Of a DNA stretch of 64,000 nt, positions 59,351-64,000 are shown piece after piece. The position numbers and the translations under genes are program-made. Source of the DNA: Patescibacteria group bacterium (GTDB lineage Bacteria; Patescibacteriota; Patescibacteriia; Magasanikbacterales; JBBTQS01); the NCBI GenBank assembly GCA_038065555.1, contig JBBTQS010000004.1:65-64064 (forward strand). Reading direction: 5' to 3'. The notes beneath the pieces were generated by a model. It had not been told where the DNA came from, did not search any database, and was given only the letters and a program-made list of their open reading frames with translations. Each line of letters starts with the position of its first letter. Position 1 is the stretch's first letter.

Positions 59351-61042
59351 ATGTCGAAACGTTCTTTTTCAGAAAGTGACCCATCGATGCGTGGCGCACA
59401 TGGAGTAACTGGCGAACACGCAATCTCCGATACTCGACACAAAAGCATCGAGGAGCAGTTATCTCCTGCAGCACTCGCCGAACTTGCGCGTGATCAAGAG
59501 CGTTGGAACAAAGAAGATGCTGAGTTCATTGACGAACACGAAAAGTCACTCGAGACCAAACACCGAAACGCGCTCGCCGAAGCGCGCACAGAGGCGCTAC
59601 AGGCTGAAAAAGAAGTCTCGACTGAACTCGAAACACTTCTCGAGAGCAGTGCGCTTCCACCATTGGCAAAGAGAATCCTGAGTTCTGACACACATCTACG
59701 CAGTCAATTTGCAGATTCTCTGATCGAAGCTGCAGCACAAAATGGAACTACTGTTGATCGACTGAACAAAAATGGATGGAACGAAGCATTCGAAAGCGTG
59801 ATTGCACTACGACAACAAGAGTTAGAAGCACACGGACTTGCATTTGATACAGATGGTACACTTCTCCAAGGAGAAACATCCCGACGACTCAGCGAACACG
59901 ATACATTGCTCGCCAAAGAGCTCATGTGGTTGCGTGAACTTCTTCACGAGGAACCAGGCACAGCGAACAAGCCAAACCGCTTGGAGCCAACCCGTCCTCT
60001 GCGCCCTACCGCACAGCCAAAAGCAACACCTCCTCGCGAAACCAACAAACCATTCTTCAACCGAGTAGCATCCAAATTCGGCAAATTCCTTGCAGGTGTT
60101 GGACTCTGGCTTGGCGGAACCAGTGGTGGAGATTTCGACCAATCGTCGAACCAGCGCGCGCAGGACGAACAGGAGCCGAATCGCGCCCTTCCAGCATACG
60201 CAGCAGAATCACCTTCACGAAATACTCGCGCAGAACTCCCTTCTGACTCTATCGAATTCTCCGAAGAAGAATCCATGGATGTCATGAATAGTGCACGTCC
60301 TGAGGTTCCTTCTGAGATGATCGAGTTCTCCGAAGAAGAATCTGAGGCAGTGATGAAGGCTGAGGTAGCTGCAGCAGTGCGCAAAGCAAAGGCACAGAAC
60401 ACCAACAAAGCAGGCGCAACACGTGCAAAAGCAAGCACAGTGAACACCAAGCGTGCAGCAGCACCAGAAGGCACAAAGGCAATGCCGAAGGCAGCACAAG
60501 ACATGCTCGACGCATTCAAGTGGTACAGCGATGAAGTTACCAAGCCTAAGACGCGCGAATCCGTGAACAACGGTGGCGCAGCCAACGAACTCCTCAAGAG
60601 CGTACCCAAGGCTCCAGAGAAGCGTCAGTCTGTTGCGCGCTACAAAGTTGCTGCAACCAGACTTGCGCAAGAGTATGCCAAGGGATCTGTTGGAGACGAC
60701 GATCTCACATCATTGCGCGGCACCGTTGAGAGCGACATGCAGCGAGGCAAAATCAATCCTGTTGATGGCAAGAAGTTGCTCCGCGATATCGACGACATGC
60801 GCGGTGTTCCCGAAGCTCAACAAGCAGCAAAGCCAGCGCCAGAATTCAAGAAGCCAGTCATGGCTCGCACACCAAGCAAGAGCCGAGGTCTCTCTGCCAT
60901 CCAAGCACAGACCGCGGAAGGCAAGAAAGTTCTCTCTGATATTGACCGCCAGATTCAATCCGTTCGCGACGCAGTACATCGCGGCGAACTCACATTGAAG
61001 CAAGGCGCAGAGCAGGTTCGAATGCTCAAAGACCTCAAGTAG
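59351..61042 (+). CDS. acidic, low-complexity/disordered protein with internal IEFSEEES repeat
   Basis: Start at MSKRSFSE. Long charged coiled-coil/disordered regions. Direct repeat of ~23 nt (atcgaattctccgaagaagaatc) about 66 nt apart. Confidence 0.55.
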   Translation: MSKRSFSESDPSMRGAHGVTGEHAISDTRHKSIEEQLSPAALAELARDQERWNKEDAEFIDEHEKSLETKHRNALAEARTEALQAEKEVSTELETLLESSALPPLAKRILSSDTHLRSQFADSLIEAAAQNGTTVDRLNKNGWNEAFESVIALRQQELEAHGLAFDTDGTLLQGETSRRLSEHDTLLAKELMWLRELLHEEPGTANKPNRLEPTRPLRPTAQPKATPPRETNKPFFNRVASKFGKFLAGVGLWLGGTSGGDFDQSSNQRAQDEQEPNRALPAYAAESPSRNTRAELPSDSIEFSEEESMDVMNSARPEVPSEMIEFSEEESEAVMKAEVAAAVRKAKAQNTNKAGATRAKASTVNTKRAAAPEGTKAMPKAAQDMLDAFKWYSDEVTKPKTRESVNNGGAANELLKSVPKAPEKRQSVARYKVAATRLAQEYAKGSVGDDDLTSLRGTVESDMQRGKINPVDGKKLLRDIDDMRGVPEAQQAAKPAPEFKKPVMARTPSKSRGLSAIQAQTAEGKKVLSDIDRQIQSVRDAVHRGELTLKQGAEQVRMLKDLK

Positions 61043-61050
61043 TCTCAACA

Positions 61051-61086
61051 AAAAACACCGCCTGCGAGGGCGGTGTTTTTTGTTTG
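61051..61086. terminator. bidirectional rho-independent terminator
   Basis: aaaacaccgcc tgcgag ggcggtgtttttt between convergent genes. Confidence 0.7.
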
Positions 61087-61098
61087 TCGAATCTCGCA

Positions 61099-61788
61099 CT
61101 ACTTCTTTGCTACAAACTGCATCTTGAGGACCACATGCTCATCAACCCATGCAATGAATGAAAGCGACGGAATCGTGAGACCAAAATCTGCATACTTGAT
61201 CTTCGTCTCCCCCGTCCCACTCACCGCAGTTTCGCTATCGCGCTTGATTGTTGTGTCGAACGTGACGGACTTCGTAACTCCACTTACCGTGAGATCCCCT
61301 GTCACCTGCACCTTTGCACTCTCGCCGATCGCGAGCTTCTGCGGCATTCCTGCGAGTGATGTTGGCTTGAACACGACGAATTCGTTTTCGTCCTTGTCAG
61401 AGCGTAGAATCACGCGCGAGAGTGTGCCATTGCGGCGCTCATTGTCGGTCTTGAGTGTGCGCGCGTTGATGCGGATCTCCCCGAGTGTGGACTGAGATGG
61501 ATTCTCCGCGTTGTAGAGAAACTCACCAGAAATCTGGTCCGTTGCCCCGACTACATGCGTAGGCTTACCATTGAGAGTCTCGTCGATTTCGAATTGCGCC
61601 TTCGACTCTGTCGAGACAATGCGGTAGAGCTCCTGACCTAACTGCGCCTGTGCTGCAAGTGTCGCTGTGCTGGCCGCGCCTTGCTGCTGCACATCCACAC
61701 TTGGCGCTGGAGCTGGTCGGGTGTAGTAGAGGAAGCCTCCTACTCCGAGCACTACTACCACACCGGCAATAATCGCTATTTGTCGCAT
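61099..61788 (-). CDS. yceI: YceI-like family protein (TM-anchored)
   Basis: N-terminal TM then YceI-like beta-barrel pattern (FEIDETLNGK...KSVTFDT...). Confidence 0.75.
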   Translation of the reverse strand: MRQIAIIAGVVVVLGVGGFLYYTRPAPAPSVDVQQQGAASTATLAAQAQLGQELYRIVSTESKAQFEIDETLNGKPTHVVGATDQISGEFLYNAENPSQSTLGEIRINARTLKTDNERRNGTLSRVILRSDKDENEFVVFKPTSLAGMPQKLAIGESAKVQVTGDLTVSGVTKSVTFDTTIKRDSETAVSGTGETKIKYADFGLTIPSLSFIAWVDEHVVLKMQFVAKK

Positions 61789-61932
61789 ATATAAGATAGT
61801 TAAAAGAATACTCACAGCATACCAATACTTGACAATACATGGCAAAATCGCTACCCTCGAATGTCATGAGCTCGATGGAGCAGCACCTACGCTTCTCCTG
61901 GATGGTTCTGACAACCGACGGAAAGGATTACC

Positions 61933-62196
61933 ATGAAAATCGTGAAGGCAGGGCGTCAATCCCCCGAGTGGAGCCGTGAATTCGAGTGCGAAGGATGCGG
62001 AACAGTCGTCTCTGTCGAGAGGGCTGATCTGTACAAGCGGCGCACAACTACTAGTGAGGACAGCCGACGACCGCGCGACACAGTCGTCGCCGATTGCGTG
62101 TGCTGCAAGCGCCGCATCGTGGTCCAAGATCACGCGACCAACGACTGGGGCGATCTCCCTGAGCATGGGGTGCAGGAGAAGCCACAGGACGAATGA
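61933..62196 (+). CDS. small zinc-ribbon protein
   Basis: CEGCG ... CVCCKRR cysteine pairs; 87 aa. Confidence 0.45.
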   Translation: MKIVKAGRQSPEWSREFECEGCGTVVSVERADLYKRRTTTSEDSRRPRDTVVADCVCCKRRIVVQDHATNDWGDLPEHGVQEKPQDE

Positions 62197-62228
62197 CAAC
62201 CTGGTAAGGAAACCAACCAACAGCGCAG

Positions 62229-62273
62229 ACCTAACCCGAGTCTGCGCTGTTGTGTTTTTATTTACTCTCTACC
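62229..62273 (+). terminator. rho-independent terminator
   Basis: aacagcgcagac ctaacccga gtctgcgctgtt then gtgtttttattt. Confidence 0.65.
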
Positions 62274-63986
62274 ATTTTCCCTTTCCACTTTCGAAGCATC
62301 ATACGAGCTGACTGAGTTTGTGGCAGCTCCTGTATACATAACACGACTTGCGTCGCGCGCGGTACCGTAGAGAGATTGTGTTACTCGTGTATTAGCACGG
62401 AAGACGTCAGTGAGCGCAACGTCTGCGCGCAGTGCTGTGAACTCTGGAGCGATGAGTCTTGCTGCGTCTGTGCCGTATATCCCGAGATGCGTTGTTGATC
62501 CAAGGAGCGTCAATCGAGAGACATCTGCGAGGCGCAGCGACGTGGTCACCATTTCGAGCTCAACCACTGCGCGTGCTGCATCGGAGAGCGTGATCGAGAT
62601 TTCCGAACCGACTACCTTGTCCACAGACACGTCCACTGAATGTGATGCAGCGATCGCAGTCACTTCAGGCATAGTAATCGTAATATCACTCGCGCGATGG
62701 TCGAAGCAGAACAAGCAGAATCCACGATCACTCTTGTCATGTGCAACCAGCAAGATTTCTCCCTGCACACTGAAGTCCAGCATCTCGTGTGCACGCTGTG
62801 TTCCTTGCACCTCAATCTTGTGTTCTGGTCCACGAACTACATGCACGTTATCTACACCGGACTGCAACGCCAACTGTGTAAATACTCCTGGTGGGACAAC
62901 CGTCTCGGTCGTAACGCGATACTGCGGCATCTCTGAGATACGCTCATGTACCTGCGGCACGTATCGTACTGCAAGTGTTCCAGCTGTAATTGCAGCGATG
63001 ATCCAAATACTCACGAGGATCAACCCGGTAGAGAGGCGCATTTTCCACTTGCGCGCGAAGAGCGATACACCGAACGTGATCGCGAATGTGAGCGGAATCG
63101 TAACAAGAAGTACTCCCAGCGCAATCGCGGTGTAGAGCAACCCGCTCGAGATCACTGACGCCACAGGGAAATCGAAGTATGGCGAATGTGCATTGAACGC
63201 AAGATTCGCTGCCACAAAAAGGAGGATCAGGATTCCAATGGTCGGAAAGACCATGAGAAACAAACTCCCGATCACAACAATCAACCGAGCGAACCCACGA
63301 ATAATTGCACCAAAGAATGCGAACACGCGATCAATGAATCGTCGCAATCCAGACTGCGCACCCACAAATGCTGCACCATTCTTGCGCAAGTTCTCTGCAC
63401 TTTCGTTCACCGTATCCTTGAACGAAGAGAGTGTCACTGGCCCGCCGCGCATTCGAACCTTGTCAGCGGGCGTCTGCGCTTTTGGGACAATCAGCGCCAA
63501 AATAATGTAGAGCGCGATCATCGCACCACCAGATACGAATGTTAGGAGGATGAAGATGACACGTACGATTAGTGGATCAATATCGAAGTACGCGGCGATT
63601 CCAGCAGCAACACCTGCAATCACTCCACGATCCATATCACGGAAGAGTCGACGCGGTGGCTGCGGCTCCATCTCTGGTTCTGCAGACTTTTCACGCGCGG
63701 ATTCCTGTTCTCCTTGCGCAGAATCCGTGATCTCTTCGACAGTACCCATGATCTCAATGACATGGTTCACATGATCGATCGTAACAACGGTTGTGTGTGC
63801 GACTTCGAGACGCTCGAGGAGTTGCTCTGCAATACGCGCTTCGATGTCTTGCTTCACTTCGCGCCCTTCGGGCAACGCATCAAAGTAATGCGCGATGGCA
63901 TCAAGATAGGATTGCAACTTTTGATACCCATCTTCCTCGAGAGTGAAGAGCGAGCTTGCAATGGTTACGTGGACTGCTTTTTTCAT
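62262..63986 (-). CDS. PspC-domain membrane protein with long C-terminal beta-rich extracellular domain
   Basis: LFRDMDRGVIAGVAAGIAAYFDIDPLIVRVIFILL is a PspC domain. Several TM helices; C-terminal region resembles the putative adhesin/DUF4097-type domain. Confidence 0.75.
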   Translation of the reverse strand: MKKAVHVTIASSLFTLEEDGYQKLQSYLDAIAHYFDALPEGREVKQDIEARIAEQLLERLEVAHTTVVTIDHVNHVIEIMGTVEEITDSAQGEQESAREKSAEPEMEPQPPRRLFRDMDRGVIAGVAAGIAAYFDIDPLIVRVIFILLTFVSGGAMIALYIILALIVPKAQTPADKVRMRGGPVTLSSFKDTVNESAENLRKNGAAFVGAQSGLRRFIDRVFAFFGAIIRGFARLIVVIGSLFLMVFPTIGILILLFVAANLAFNAHSPYFDFPVASVISSGLLYTAIALGVLLVTIPLTFAITFGVSLFARKWKMRLSTGLILVSIWIIAAITAGTLAVRYVPQVHERISEMPQYRVTTETVVPPGVFTQLALQSGVDNVHVVRGPEHKIEVQGTQRAHEMLDFSVQGEILLVAHDKSDRGFCLFCFDHRASDITITMPEVTAIAASHSVDVSVDKVVGSEISITLSDAARAVVELEMVTTSLRLADVSRLTLLGSTTHLGIYGTDAARLIAPEFTALRADVALTDVFRANTRVTQSLYGTARDASRVMYTGAATNSVSSYDASKVERENGRE

Positions 63987-64000
63987 AGTGATTTCTTGAG

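Noticed and set aside
1-64000. CRISPR arrays
   Set aside because: No series of regularly spaced 25-40-bp direct repeats found. The only tandem or dispersed repeats are the 11-bp duplication, the 47-bp cassette pair and the long inverted repeats.

Overview
Dense bacterial chromosomal segment, roughly 55-60% GC by eye, mostly coding, with many GTG/TTG starts. The left edge holds the 5' end of a 16S rRNA gene on the minus strand; its sequence looks divergent, possibly Patescibacteria/CPR-like or another deep lineage. Well-supported housekeeping genes: trmD, rpsP, a KH-domain khpA-like gene, a short SMC, DHH phosphoesterase, clpP, VanW-family, hsp20, tsaD, dnaE, pheS/pheT, rseP, murD, phosphohexomutase, lemA, htpX, clpC, radA, recG, typA, Nramp/mntH, ABC exporter, msrB, dsbA-like, dsbB, yceI, PspC-domain, plus tRNA-Glu(TTC) and tRNA-Arg(GCG). 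No CRISPR array, integrase or transposase recognised. Most interesting: (1) an 880-aa SF2 DEAH helicase with a C-terminal sigma-70 region 4.2 domain; (2) a 5.6-kb envelope module (membrane beta-propeller, DsbA, two paralogous secreted two-TM proteins with M15 peptidase / SLT transglycosylase ends) inserted between clpC and radA; (3) the ancestral rpsP-khpA-trmD operon split by two accessory blocks, one carrying a twice-repeated ~47-bp terminator+promoter cassette and a gene broken by an 11-bp tandem duplication; (4) three long perfect inverted repeats (36-, 22-, 15-bp arms), one next to a GC-rich structured candidate ncRNA in an unusually long convergent intergenic region; (5) tandem divergent beta-carbonic-anhydrase-like paralogs. 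All coordinates were worked out by hand and are approximate to a few bases.
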